Counted from the stretch's first letter, positions 13,479 to 25,415 are shown. The stretch: 64,000 nt of DNA from Octopus bimaculoides (GCF_001194135.2 NC_068988.1:26500983-26564982), one strand, 5' to 3'. Numbers and translations: made by a program. Notes: generated from the letters alone by a model not told the origin.

Positions 13479-14085
13479 ATTTCAGAATAAGAAGGGCAAT
13501 TTCAAATCGGAAACCAACACGCATTTTATGATAGCGGGGACTCAGCTAAATGTGGCCTATCGTTTTATTAAACAATGCAACAGGTCTTACGAAAACGAAA
13601 GTAGTATATTATATTAGTGTAGTTTTCTTAGAATTCACATTTTGTGGAGGAGATACTTTATTTCGTTAACTGGAACTGTGAATTGAAGTTTATCCATTTG
13701 AACTTTTCTCTGTCATGAGAAAAAGTAATATTGCGTAGTAACATTTGGTGAAGCTTTGCTCACACAGTCGTACATTAGCAAATTAATATTATTGATAGAT
13801 TATGTAGTCGATATGGTCCCATATATAGGATTGTTTACTTCGGTAGAGTGCACAATAATAAATTACAATTCTCATGTTAAAAGAGCTGACAAGTTTATAA
13901 CTAAAAATAGAGATGTCCAAGATGTTTCCTCATGAGTCTGCACATTCGGTGCTACCTTTATAGACTTTTAGTCAATCTCAACAAGAAATGATTTAGAAAA
14001 ATACAATTACGAAAGGAATTCTATATTTCCTAGTTCTCAACTAACTTTCAAGCAATTTAATATGCTTTCGAAATGATTTTGTAGT

Positions 14086-14302
14086 ATTCTTTTCTACTCT
14101 AGGCACAAGGCCCGAAATTTTGGGGGAGGGGGCCAGTAGATTAGATCGACCCCAGTACGCAACTGGTACTTAGTTTATCGACCCCGAAAGGATGAAAGGC
14201 AAAGTTGATCTCGGCAGAATTTGAATTGAGAACGTAAAGACAGACGAAATACCGGTAAGCATTTCGCCCGGCGTGCTAACGTTTCTGCTAGCTCACCGCC
14301 TT
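14086..14302 (-). mobile_element. tRNA-derived SINE, family A (Meta-domain-like), near full length
   Basis: Minus strand: AAGGCGGTGAGCTAGCAGAAACGTTAG (A-box region), CAATTCAAATTC (B-box), central GCCTTTCATCCTTTCGGGGTCGATAAACTAAGTACCAG, 3' end GGCCTTGTGCCTAGAGTAGAAAAGAAT. The central domain resembles the MetaSINE domain as I recall it; that name is an inference. Confidence 0.93.
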
Positions 14303-14339
14303 GTTGAAGTATGATATTACGATGTTCAGAAGTTTTTTC

Positions 14340-14366
14340 GCCTTGTGCCTAGAGTAGAAAAGAATA
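14340..14366 (+). repeat. 27-bp isolated 3' end of SINE family A, perfect inverted repeat of 14085-14111
   Basis: GCCTTGTGCCTAGAGTAGAAAAGAATA is the exact reverse complement of TATTCTTTTCTACTCTAGGCACAAGGC. Confidence 0.9.
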
Positions 14367-14950
14367 TCATACTTCGATATTGGAATTTTGATGAATTCTA
14401 TTCTCAACATACATCTCGCTACTGCCAGAATGTGTCTGCATGTATATACATATACANNNNNNNNNNNNNNNNNNNNNNNNNNNNNNNNNNNNNNNNNNNN
14501 NNNNNNNNNNNNNNNNNNNNNNNNNNNNNNNNNNNNNNNNNNNNNNNNNNNNNNNNNNNNNNNNNNNNNNNNNNNNNNNNNNNNNNNNNNNNNNNNNNNN
14601 NNNNNNNNNNNNNNNNNNNNNNNNNNNNNNNNNNNNNNNNNNNNNNNNNNNNNNNNNNNNNNNNNNNNNNNNNNNNNNNNNNNNNNNNNNNNNNNNNNNN
14701 NNNNNNNNNNNNNNNNNNNNNNNNNNNNNNNNNNNNNNNNNNNNNNNNNNNNNNNNNNNNNNNNNNNNNNNNNNNNNNNNNNNNNNNNNNNNNNNNNNNN
14801 NNNNNNNNNNNNNNNNNNNNNNNNNNNNNNNNNNNNNNNNNNNNNNNNNNNNNNNNNNNNNNNNNNNNNNNNNNNNNNNNNNNNNNNNNNNNNNNNNNNN
14901 NNNNNNNNNNNNNNNNNNNNNNNNNNNNNNNNNNNNNNNNNNNNNNNNNN

Positions 14951-15207
14951 AAGAAGCGCGTCGTATATATGTATATATATATAGGTGTGTGTGTGTTTGC
15001 GTGTCTGTGTTTGTCCCCCTAGCATTGCTTGACAAACGATGCTGGTGTGCTTATGTCCCCGTCACTTAGCGGTTCGGCAAAAGAGACCGATAGAATAAGT
15101 ACTAGGCTTACAAAGAATAAGTCCCGGGGTCGATTTGCTCGACTAAAGGTGGTGCTCCAGCATGGCCGCAGTCAAATGACTGAAACAAGTAAAAGAGTAA
15201 AAGAGAT
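14951..15207 (+). mobile_element. CORE-type tRNA-derived SINE, family B, 3' half (head presumably in gap 14457-14950)
   Basis: AAGAAGCGCGTCGTATAT, internal TA/TG tract, then GCGGTTCGGCAAAAGAGACCGATAGAATAAGTACTAGG...GGTGCTCCAGCATGGCCGCAGTCAAATGACTGAAAC and a (GTAAAAGA)n-like tail. Confidence 0.92.
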
Positions 15208-15296
15208 ATAGCCACTGCCAAAATGCTTATATGTGTGTGTGTTTGTAAGCATATATATAAACAAAAATATATATAAACACAAAATGTACTTGTATT

Positions 15297-15328
<32 letters not shown>

Positions 15329-15330
<2 letters not shown>

Positions 15331-15475
15331 GGAGTAAGCACATGAAATGTGCAACAAGGTGGAAAAAAGAGTACTCAAATACCAGAGGTAGAGTAATATG
15401 CTTTATTTAAAAGCCGCAGAAATATAACAAAAAAACCGTTACTCTGAGTTTCACGTTCCCGTTCATCGGACAGTT
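15329..15475 (-). mobile_element. Probable Penelope-like element terminal repeat fragment
   Basis: Minus strand: hammerhead fold, AATAAA about 30 nt downstream (15402-15407), then a T-rich segment ending in (TA)n at 15298-15328. The PLE assignment is inferred from the ribozyme architecture. Confidence 0.55.
15434..15475 (-). ncRNA. Minimal type I hammerhead ribozyme motif (core variant CCGAUGA)
   Basis: Minus strand AACUGU-CCGAUGA-ACG-GGAA-CGU-GAA-ACUC-A-GAGU-A-ACGGUU. Stem I is 6 bp with one G-U; stem II is 3 bp with a GNRA loop; conserved GAAA; palindromic stem III; GUA cleavage triplet. Confidence 0.7.
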
Positions 15476-16137
15476 ATACACTCATACATATGTGTGTGCA
15501 TAACTATGTGCGTGTATTTACTCTAGATGCGCATAAATTTGGTGTCACACACTGCATGGTAATTGAAATTGAGATCGAAGTTAATCACTCTGTCAGGAGA
15601 AACTTTGTGTATTATATTGCTCACATAACAGTGGCAAATAGTCCGTTTTATTGTGATGTATTAGCGTGTTCGTAATACATGGAAAATTAGCTGATCCATT
15701 TAGATTGAAAAGTTAGGTTTTGGGAATAATTATTTTTTATTAACCTTAGGTATGCGTGTATGTGCACGGTGTCTTGTTATATATATATATATATATNNNN
15801 NNNNNNNNNNNNNNNNNNNNNNNNNNNNNNNNNNNNNNNNNNNNNNNNNNNNNNNNNNNNNNNNNNNNNNNNNNNNNNNNNNNNNNNNNNNNNNNNNNNN
15901 NNNNNNNNNNNNNNNNNNNNNNNNNNNNNNNNNNNNNNNNNNNNNNNNNNNNNNNNNNNNNNNNNNNNNNNNNNNNNNNNNNNNNNNNNNNNNNNNNNNN
16001 NNNNNNNNNNNNNNNNNNNNNNNNNNNNNNNNNNNNNNNNNNNNNNNNNNNNNNNNNNNNNNNNNNNNNNNNNNNNNNNNNNNNNNNNNNNNNNNNNNNN
16101 NNNNNNNNNNNNNNNNNNNNNNNNNNNNNNNNNNNNN

Positions 16138-16188
<51 letters not shown>

Positions 16189-17280
16189 ATTCCTCACTCG
16201 CCTCTAAAATATAATTCGTTTTTTATATAATTTCAATTTCGTGAACACATCATTTTTTTTTTCTGTCAGCTAGTTAGGTAATGTTTTGTAGAGTTTTAAT
16301 GACATTCTTACATATAACATCCTTTTGTTTATGTATCACTATTAAATGCAGCTTGTTATTGAAAATAAAAATCCCGATTTGACAGATAACATCAGAAAGA
16401 CCTATATTAAGAAATAGAGGCTAAGTAAAAATACATGCAGATGGATACATGTATGTGCTGAGAGCGTGTGTGTGACTATATGTGTGTGTGTGTGTTTCTA
16501 TATATGTTTGCGAATGTGACTGTGATACCACTTGCTATATCTTATACGATTTTAGTGGACGACATTACGTTTCAAATATCCAGACCAGGTTTCCTGTCTG
16601 ATTATATAAAGTTGGTCATTTTCTGACTTTTTCTTTTCCCAACACTCTTCATATCGTCTTTTCATCTCATATAGTCATTTTTCAATAATAACATACGAAC
16701 GGTGATTGTTTATCACGTATGCGTTTTATTCCACGTACCCTCGTATATGCTTGCGTAAGTAAATGAATATAAATAATTATTTTGGCAATTATGATATAGC
16801 ATTAACACACGTAGAAGTGCATGAATAAACGTAACAGCATAGAAGTGCTGCATGTACGTATATACTTTCATGTATAGCTATTATTATATTGCTAATACCA
16901 ATATTAAATTTAAAATGCCATCGTCTATAAGTGAATAAAGATATAGTTCTGTAACCAAAACCGTATTTAGATAAGGAGGCCAAGAGCTTGATATTATTAT
17001 ACAGAATAGCTTCAGTAGTGCCAGCCGGGCTAGTTTCAATTTTGTATTCCATCATATGCAGCAGAGTATCTCTTGAAGTCTACGAACTGCAAATCACCCC
17101 ACTGTTTATTTCAATATATAAACACCTGTGTTCATAAGTGATGGCTTCATGGACATTTAAAATGGATACTCATTTACAAAATAGAATTACAAACAGGGAT
17201 ACAGAATTACAACTTTATCAAAGCAGAATTATCATATCACATTTGTTTTTCTGCGAAATACTCTTCTTTCATATATAATA

Positions 17281-17691
17281 TTCTTTTATTCTTTTATTTG
17301 TTTCAGTCATTTGACTGCGGCCATGCTGGAGCACCACCTTTAGTCGAACAAATCGACCCCCCAGGACTTATTCTTTGTAAGTCTAGTACTTATTCTATCG
17401 GCCTCTTTTTCCGAACCGCTACATTACGGGGAGGTAAACACACCAATATCGGATGTCAAGCTATGGTGGGGGAACAAACACAGACAAAAAAAAACACACA
17501 AACACACACACACATATGTATAAATGATATACGACGAGCTTCTTTCAGTTTCCTCTACCAAATCCACTAACAAGGCTTTGTTCAGCCCGAGGCTATAGTA
17601 GAAGACAATCGCCCAAGATGCCACGCAGTGGGACTAAACCTGGAACCGTGTGGTTGGTAAGCAAGCTACTTACCACACAGCCACTCCTGTG
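17281..17691 (-). mobile_element. CORE-type tRNA-derived SINE, family B, full length
   Basis: Minus strand head CAGGAGTGGCTGTGTGGTAAGTAGC (A-box), GGTTTAGTCCC (B-box), CORE-like TGGCATCTTGGGCGATTGTCTTC, internal TG tract, and the same 3' module as 14951-15207. Resembles the octopus OR-type CORE SINEs from memory. Confidence 0.95.
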
Positions 17692-18162
17692 CGTATAATA
17701 CTCTATTATATATAAAGACAAGTTATTTATATTTCTCTATACATAAATTGCTGGCGGAATATATATATATTCTCCTCTACAGTAGAGCATAGAAACAAAA
17801 CGTATTTTACACACACCAATAATGCATTACAATTAAAAATGCATAAGTTGTCGAATATCAATGCAAAAATATTCGATGATCATTAAACGTGTCTCTGACT
17901 TTACATACATTATAAATCTTTGATGATGAAATGCAATAAATAAATCAAGGAATTATATTTGTAAGTGTAAGAAAAAATTGTATTGCAAATTGGTTCATTC
18001 AGTTTTGATGCATATGCTTTACATATTCACTGCTAATCTGACGCCTCTGAATAGCAACATCAACGTACGCTAAAATATCAAAGTAAAGGATAATGGCAGA
18101 AAAATGAATACTCTCAATGTAATTTAACAGAAACAACTGGGGAAAAAACTATTGTTTAATGC

Positions 18163-18163
<1 letters not shown>

Positions 18164-18193
<30 letters not shown>

Positions 18194-18285
18194 AAGAAGA
18201 AGAAGAAGAAGAAGAAGAAGAAGAAGAAGAAGAAGAAGAAGAAGAAGAAGAAGAAGAAGAAGAAGAAGAAGAAGAAGAAGAAGAA
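18164..18285. repeat. Pure (AAG)n tract, about 40 units
   Basis: 122 bp uninterrupted; explains the poly-Ser ORF. Confidence 0.98.
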
Positions 18286-18384
18286 TTAGGAACGAAGGAG
18301 TATTGAGAGCAGTGTAAAAAAGGAAAATGAAGTAAGAAGTTCAAACAGGACATGAAGTAGAATTAAGCAAGAAGGGACTACACA

Positions 18385-18750
18385 ATCAATTCCATGGAGC
18401 CACAACAGAAGTTGCTGGAAAAAATAGGTGGGATTGGCTGAAGAAAGGAACACTAGAAAAAAAAAAGAGATTGAGAGCAATATACTGATACGCAGGACCA
18501 AGCTTTGGTCACGAACCGGAGGGTCATTCTGAAGAATGAGCAACTGTTTCTGCTGTGCCGGATCTGCAATAGAGTAGATACAACCATTGCTCATATCACG
18601 AACGAATACCTTAGACTTGCCCAGAACCACTACATTTGTGGCAACACGACCAAGTAGCGAAAGTGTTGCAATAGAAACTGTGCGAAGACTGGGGGCTAAA
18701 GAGAGGCAAGACGTGGTATGCGCACAAACCGCAAACAGTAGAATCGTTTG
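18385..18750 (+). mobile_element. R4/Dong-clade (restriction-like endonuclease) non-LTR retrotransposon fragment, zinc-knuckle region
   Basis: Frame-shifted translation WDWLKKGTL...QDQALVTN...LCRICNRVDTTIAHITNE.LRLAQNHY...QHDQVAKVLQ*KLCEDWGLKRGKTWYAHKP matches the post-RT CCHC region and RHD motif of R4/Dong ORFs. Confidence 0.88.
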
Positions 18751-19658
18751 CACGTCAGGCAAATCGCATAACGGTCTCAGCAATATCGTTTTCTTGCTTG
18801 TTAATCTTAGTTGGGTCTTTTGGTTTTTATAAAGAAAGTCTCACAGTTCGCTGGCCGGTATGTTTTCATACCTTTGCATGTAGTGACGTACGTCTGCTAA
18901 AGGAAGGTATAAGAAAACTCTCACGTATTCATAACGGTCGATTTATATCTTACACAACCGTTCATCACTATTTGTATCTCAGATGCCGTTATCCGTTTCT
19001 TGCAACACTACACTATTTTTCTGGTAAGAGCTATAGTATGTTCACGGGTAGACACTAAAGTACAACGACACATCTGCTGAACCGTTGAGCAAAGTTCTTA
19101 ATAAAGCCATTACACAGGTACAACCCAATACATCGAAATCCCTCATTCTCCATGAAATTCATAGTTTCGCTTTGTTACCACTCGCCCCATTTTCCCCGTG
19201 ATTTCATCAAAATGCCTTCATAGAATCACTTGTAAGCGCGAGATCGTTAATATTGAGGAGCAATATCTTCAAAAAACCCTTCTTTGCATCATCACAAAAT
19301 ATTAATTAAGTCATCTAAATAACAACTGGTTAAATCGAAAATCAGACGGAAACGTTCTGATAAAAGTGTAACACTGTCATTTGCTAAGGAAATTTTATTC
19401 CTTTGTGGCATTCAATATAATTTATGCATTGTAAATGTTCATACTGTTCTTCCATCAGTAATTCCATAAACGATCGTAAACGGATGAGTCGAATTAAATC
19501 CCGAATGACTCAGCGAGCAATGCAGTCATGCTCGCAGAAGAATTATGAAAAATCAAAATAAACAGTGTCGTTAAAATTTACAGAAAAACAGAAGACGAAT
19601 ACAGGTATATGAACAACAAACTGGTGTATTAGTTTGACGCTCGAAAAAATGAGAACGT

Positions 19659-19694
19659 CTTTTACGTTTCGAGCCTACGCTCTTCAACATAAAG
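19659..19694 (-). ncRNA. Degenerate minimal type I hammerhead-like fold (probably inactive copy)
   Basis: Minus strand CUUU-AUGUUGA-A-GAGC-GUAG-GCUC-GAA-ACGU-A-AAAG. Stems I and II pair, GAAAC is present, palindromic ACGU stem III and GUA triplet; the core has two non-canonical positions (C3A, A6U). Confidence 0.45.
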
Positions 19695-22600
19695 GAACAC
19701 GAAGAAATAAACAGCGAGAGAATAAAAAAGCTTATGGATTTAGCGATCAGTCATGGTGACTAATTGGAAAAGGCAGATGGACGGGCGAGCTAGGAAGAAG
19801 TGTCGTTAAACCCAATTTTAAAAAGTCAATTACTTAGTATTAATTTAACGCTTTCAAAAAAATATAACACACCACCACCAGAAACAAGTTTAATCGGTCT
19901 GCAGTTGTACAGTGACTATATGAATTTCCTTTCATGCAAAAAATGATCAGAAATTGTAAATGCATTCGCAATTGAATTTTACTGTTAGACTTTACCTTAC
20001 AAGCAAAACTATGAACATTTTTTGACAAAAATGGGAGATAAATTGCATCGGCAAACATTTCAGCCAGGATAAGAGAATGTAACTTCATGTGTGTGCGTGT
20101 ATACATGTGTATATTTATGTGTGTGCGTGCGCGTGTGTGTGTATGTGTACGTATATGCACATATGTATATATGTATGTATTTATGTATGTGTGTGTATGT
20201 GTGTGTGTGTCTGTGTATTATAAACAAATTAGTAGCATACTTCACAGAATACACAATGGAAACAATAACTTTGAAAGTCAATGAAAATATGTAAATCCTT
20301 AGGCTAAGTCTCGAGAAGATTCGGATATTTCTTAAAAGAGCGAAGTAACTAATAATATACTCCAACCACAGTATCCCTAACGTATAAAGACATATTTAAG
20401 TATAGAAAATGCAATGAAAGAAAATTAAGAAAAATAGCTGTATTCTAAGGTGCAAATCGTTAATAAATTAAAATTGATAGAAATTCCTCCTCCAAACAAA
20501 CGAAAGTAACGCCTAAGGTAGAAACTTAAAGGTGAAATGACACTAATATAAAATTCGTTAGTCTAGCTGCTGAACATTTAATTAAAACTGACGCAGCAAC
20601 AATATCTGCAAGTTAAACGAAATAAAATATGCAAATTTCAGGTTGTTCAACACGGAGAGGGAGTACAACAACAAAGATCTACTTATACATTAGTATGAGA
20701 AGAACGAAGATAAAAAAGGAAAGCAAAAGAAACTAAAGAGCTTTTAATATTAATGAGATTAATAAGAATTGACACAAAAGAATAAAAACAAAGGAAAATA
20801 CCACATAAATACCACATAAATATAATTTTTAAAAAAAGGACACGCAAACAAAATATGTCTGCAGTAAAAGATTTTTCCTAAATTTGGAAAAGTCTCTATC
20901 GTTATTAAATGTGACAAAGGTCCCTTGCACAGCATAAAAAAGAATCGAATCGAGTTCTAAGTGATTGTTTAAAGACTCGAAGTAATGTAGAGATAATTGT
21001 CTCATCAGCTACAAGAATGGTACAAGAAATATTCGGAGAACTATTACAGCGAAAGAATTGCCACGGTCGACAGTGTTCAGGTCAACGGCATATCACCTGA
21101 AAAGTAAACACAAGTATTAACCGAAAGACTACGAAATACGAACCGCGATAAAGCCACAAAATGTAATAAAATTTCAAACCTCTGGATAAAATATTTGACA
21201 TACTGGGTATAATTTTCGAAAACATAGCGAAAATTTGCAAAAACTAATTGACTAATCGTTTTACTCACAAGAAAGTGTATAAACATAAATGACATTTCCC
21301 AGTTGTGAACGGCAAGAACGGAAGAGGTGATGCAAAATCTCATATCAGAGTAAAAGTCACTTCTTGCTCAACAATGCCATACCAAGATGTATTAAGAGAA
21401 AGAAATCTTTAAAATATGCCGGAGGCTTTTTCGCAGCTTTTGCCATGGATTCTGGGCATAAATAAAATAAAACAAAAGATAAGTAGTTATAATAAACACA
21501 TATAGTACAAATGCCAACCAATCAGACGGAAGTGGTAAACAAAAAAATTAAACCTAGCCTTTAAATGAAGGTAATTCTAAAACGCTCATTGATCTTTCTC
21601 CTTTCGTGTCACTTGCCAATACAGTTTGTTGACCGGCGAGACGGTACTTGGGTTATAATGAAACGGTTTCAGCAATCTCCATTTCAGACTGTGCACCCAT
21701 GCACTTCACAAATTTATATGTGGTTCAGAATGACTAAATCATAGACGCGTCAGATAAATTCCAAATACTTTCGAAAGCCATCCCATCTTTGTATTGTTTT
21801 GTTGTTTTCTGATTTAGGTGTTTTCTGTGAATGCTGTTTAATCCATAATCCAAAAAAGCACTGAATGTGTCAGATAAACTACATCAATTGTTCATCTTTA
21901 AATCACCAAAAGCAAACCATTCGAGAAAAAAAACACCCAGAGATTCAATAACGTTATGGCCAAGCATGCATGAGAGCATACAATGATACAATTGCTAGTT
22001 GCCTTTTCCTTTACACAATCCTTTCAGTTGATAACAGATATTTTGGATCACTAACAACTGCAGTTCATGGTGCTCCAACCTACCTGTAACTTTATTTTTC
22101 TGATTCCGAAAGAGAAATTGCATAATATATGTATGCAGTGAATGGTCACACCTAATGGAATAGAAAATTTGAAGCTGTATTTTTTCCCTACGCTTCATTT
22201 TCCATTTGGTTTCATTTAACAACCATTATTTACAATCGTTCATGAACAAATTTATGCTGGCACAATATCATAAAATGTTTTTATTAGACTAAATGTTGAC
22301 AAAGAGCCAGACAGTAAATAATTTAAAATGAATAAATTGCCGGCATACAATGATGGTGCTGTACAGATGCCTAGTAATGATGAAGACACTCATAAAACTT
22401 TTAAAATATTGGCAAGCATGTTTCGAGAAAAGAACGACCAGGAATTTTTTAAAATATTCAGCAACATGCATGATCTCTATGCATGCATGATCTATTGGGG
22501 TTTTTTCAGGTAGATTAGATAGATGGCTTTTCAACATGCTGAACCAATGCGGCGGTAGAGCAGTAACATGTTGCATGGTGCTCATAGTCGAAGTTGTAAC

Positions 22601-24224
22601 ATCACGGCATTAATACATAATCAAAGGCGCAGTCTCTTCTATAACCTTGCAAACTCAAAACAAGAATGTGTTTCGTTTGTGTTTGTATTGTTGATGCATA
22701 TCAACAAGTTGTATGATAAAACTGCAGGTGTATTCGATAATGTGAATCATTTTGCAATCTTTTCGAATTCTTCATTCAGCAAAAACAAGACAGCGTTATT
22801 CCTTAGAATGCCTTCAGGTTCCCAAATTCAATCAACAAGAAATCTTTGATCCAATTAACTTGGACAATTTCATTCAAGCAGTTGAAGCAACGAAACAACT
22901 TATTTCATGAAAAAAAAACTAAATAAATGCGCTGAAATTCCAGATGCTAGAAATACTCTATTTTTTGCATGAATATTATATTTGGTAGTCATCGGATAAA
23001 GGCTTGGCGAAGACATGATACTAGATGAATCGGTTGTGTGTACACTACCCATGGAAGAGAACCCTCATTTGAGACTGTTGTTTCATAACAGGTGAGGTGT
23101 TACAAGTACAGAATCGCCTTAAACGTGAATGAGCAGGCATGAAATAAATTTAAAATGTCTGCCTGTAGTTATGCTAAGATATGTATTTGCTACGATCTAT
23201 ACTGCAGTTTTCGCAACAACCGAATTAAATATTTTCTACATCGAGGACGAGAAAGAATGGGCACTGAACATGCATGGAAAGTTGATATTACTGGCACGCT
23301 TTGTGACTCACGGTGATTCAATACACGTCTAACACTTTTATGTTTTGCCATTTATACAACACCAGTAGCATAATACATCTGTTAATCGAGAGGAAACAGA
23401 TCTGTAAGGCAAATTCTATTGCAAGGATCGCATAGAAGCGCTCAATAAGAAACATAAGATAGCTTTTGTGTCACATAAAATATATAATAAAGTGGAATGT
23501 TATATAAAGGAGAAATAGTAAAAAAAATCTCTTCTGAATTTATGACTAATAACTGGCAAGCCGACTATATCAGATAGTTGTAACAACAATTGTTTAATTC
23601 TCTGGAGGTGAAATTTGAGATCGAGCTTGAAACACTTGGAAGAAATCAATTTCGTTTTAACTTTTTTTTCTCTTTTTTTGCTGATGCTTTTTGTTATTTT
23701 TGTTCCTTTGGTCTTTTTTTTGGTATTGAAAACGAAATAAATGAATATACTGAATTTAGTAGGAACCAATTTTTGATATATGCCGTCATTATGAAAACGG
23801 CTGCGATATTCTCATTTATTATTATGAGTTTATAATCACTTGTAAAGAAAAGAATAAATATTCAACAGAAGCATTTTGAAAAATAATTTATAACGTGGAG
23901 AAAATGAATATGAAATGGATATATAAAGATTAAATCACATTTTTTCATTCCTTTTTCTATAGATGCAAACAGATCTCTAATGGCAAAATAAATATGAAGA
24001 AAGGTGACAAGCCTGTATTTATTACACATAAATACACTAAAATCAAACCGAAAAACACTGAAATGAATTTAATGGCTCCCAAAACGATTTTAATCAGTTA
24101 TTTTCCTATGTCATAAGATTATTTCTTTCAATCTCTATTTTTTTGTATTTCATTTCTCTCCGCGTTTTCTAAATTCATTTACAATTAGGATAATACTTAT
24201 GTATATATATAAAGATATATATGT

Positions 24225-24262
24225 TTTCGGTTGAGACTCACTGTGTGGCACCTTGGGGTCAG
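24225..24262 (+). mobile_element. Short head/CORE fragment of SINE family B
   Basis: CGGTTGAGACTCACTGTGTGGCACCTTGGG matches B-box plus CORE start of the family B copies. Confidence 0.55.
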
Positions 24263-24839
24263 TGTATGTGTGGACGTCTGTTGTGTGTGTGTGTGTGTGT
24301 GTGTGTGCGCCTTTACTTTTTGTCAGCAAAATATTACGCCGTGTCTTCCGCACGAGACTCCTGTCAAATCATAAGATCGTGTCCAATGCACCCATTTTTT
24401 TCTGACACTCTGATCTTATCTCTCTTGCGCATTCTATTTAATATTCCATCCCTCTCTCGCTCTTTCGATCTATCTTACCCTCTCTTTCTGTCTCTCCCTC
24501 TCTCTCACACACACACACATATACACACACTGGAGAATCTTGGAATGCTTGTTATTTACTTTGAGGCTGATTGCAAACGGCAAACCTGCCAGTAGTCACC
24601 AAATATTCAAGTAAATTCTGAGAGAAATATGTTAAGAATGTGGTGAGAACTACGGATATGTGTGGCCGTGCGTTTGTAATGAAATCAGGCATCTACCCGA
24701 AATGTTCGAATAAAAAGACACCTCTACATTTTTAAGTAATACAATGCGTTTCTTTCTACCACTTCTTGATTTGCCAACATGGTAGCGGTAATGGTTTCAA
24801 AATTTAACATGAGTGCAGCAATGCAGGAATCTTAGAAGA

Positions 24840-25010
24840 GTTGGCACATCAATTATATCGACCTCATTATTCAATTGGTATTTATTTTACCGACCCTGAA
24901 AATATAAATGGCAAATTCGACTTCGGCAGTATGTGAACTCTGAGCTTAAACAGGAGGTTATACAGATAAGCATTTTTTTCTGGCACGTTAATGATTCGGC
25001 TAGCATGCTA
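24840..25010 (-). mobile_element. SINE family A, old diverged copy
   Basis: AATTGGTATTTATTTTACCGACCCTGAA...GGCAAATTCGACTTCGGCAGTATGTGAACTCTGAG. Confidence 0.75.
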
Positions 25011-25382
25011 AAAATAATAGAAAAAACCCTTTAGTATGCTCAGTATAATGTACCTACCACTATCTGATGAACAAATATTCTCTCTTTTTTATATGTGTGT
25101 AGTCTTATGCATACTACTGTGATAGAGTAATTTGCTTGAAAATTTTCAATGAATATTATGGACGCCCATTGATAAACAATCTAAAATTTTCCTGGAAGGT
25201 CGGAAAATTGCCTTCACTTTTATTGCTGTGACATTACGTACTCTGTATAAGGCGGTTATTTGTACACTGTTATATATGTATATATATATATATATATACA
25301 TATATANNNNNNNNNNNNNNNNNNNNNNNNNNNNNNNNNNNNNNNNNNNNNNNNNNNNNNNNNNNNNNNNNNNNNNNNNNNN

Positions 25383-25415
<33 letters not shown>

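Noticed and set aside
16789-17055. 88-aa minus-strand ORF (LLASLSKYGFGYRTISLFTY)
   Set aside because: Only a faint likeness to a LINE RT helix; cannot be assigned as gene or element.
18286-18783. 165-aa minus-strand ORF
   Set aside because: It is the antisense shadow of the plus-strand R4/Dong fragment.
20440-21400. Purine-rich region suspected to be a LINE 5' ORF remnant
   Set aside because: No motif could be read with confidence.
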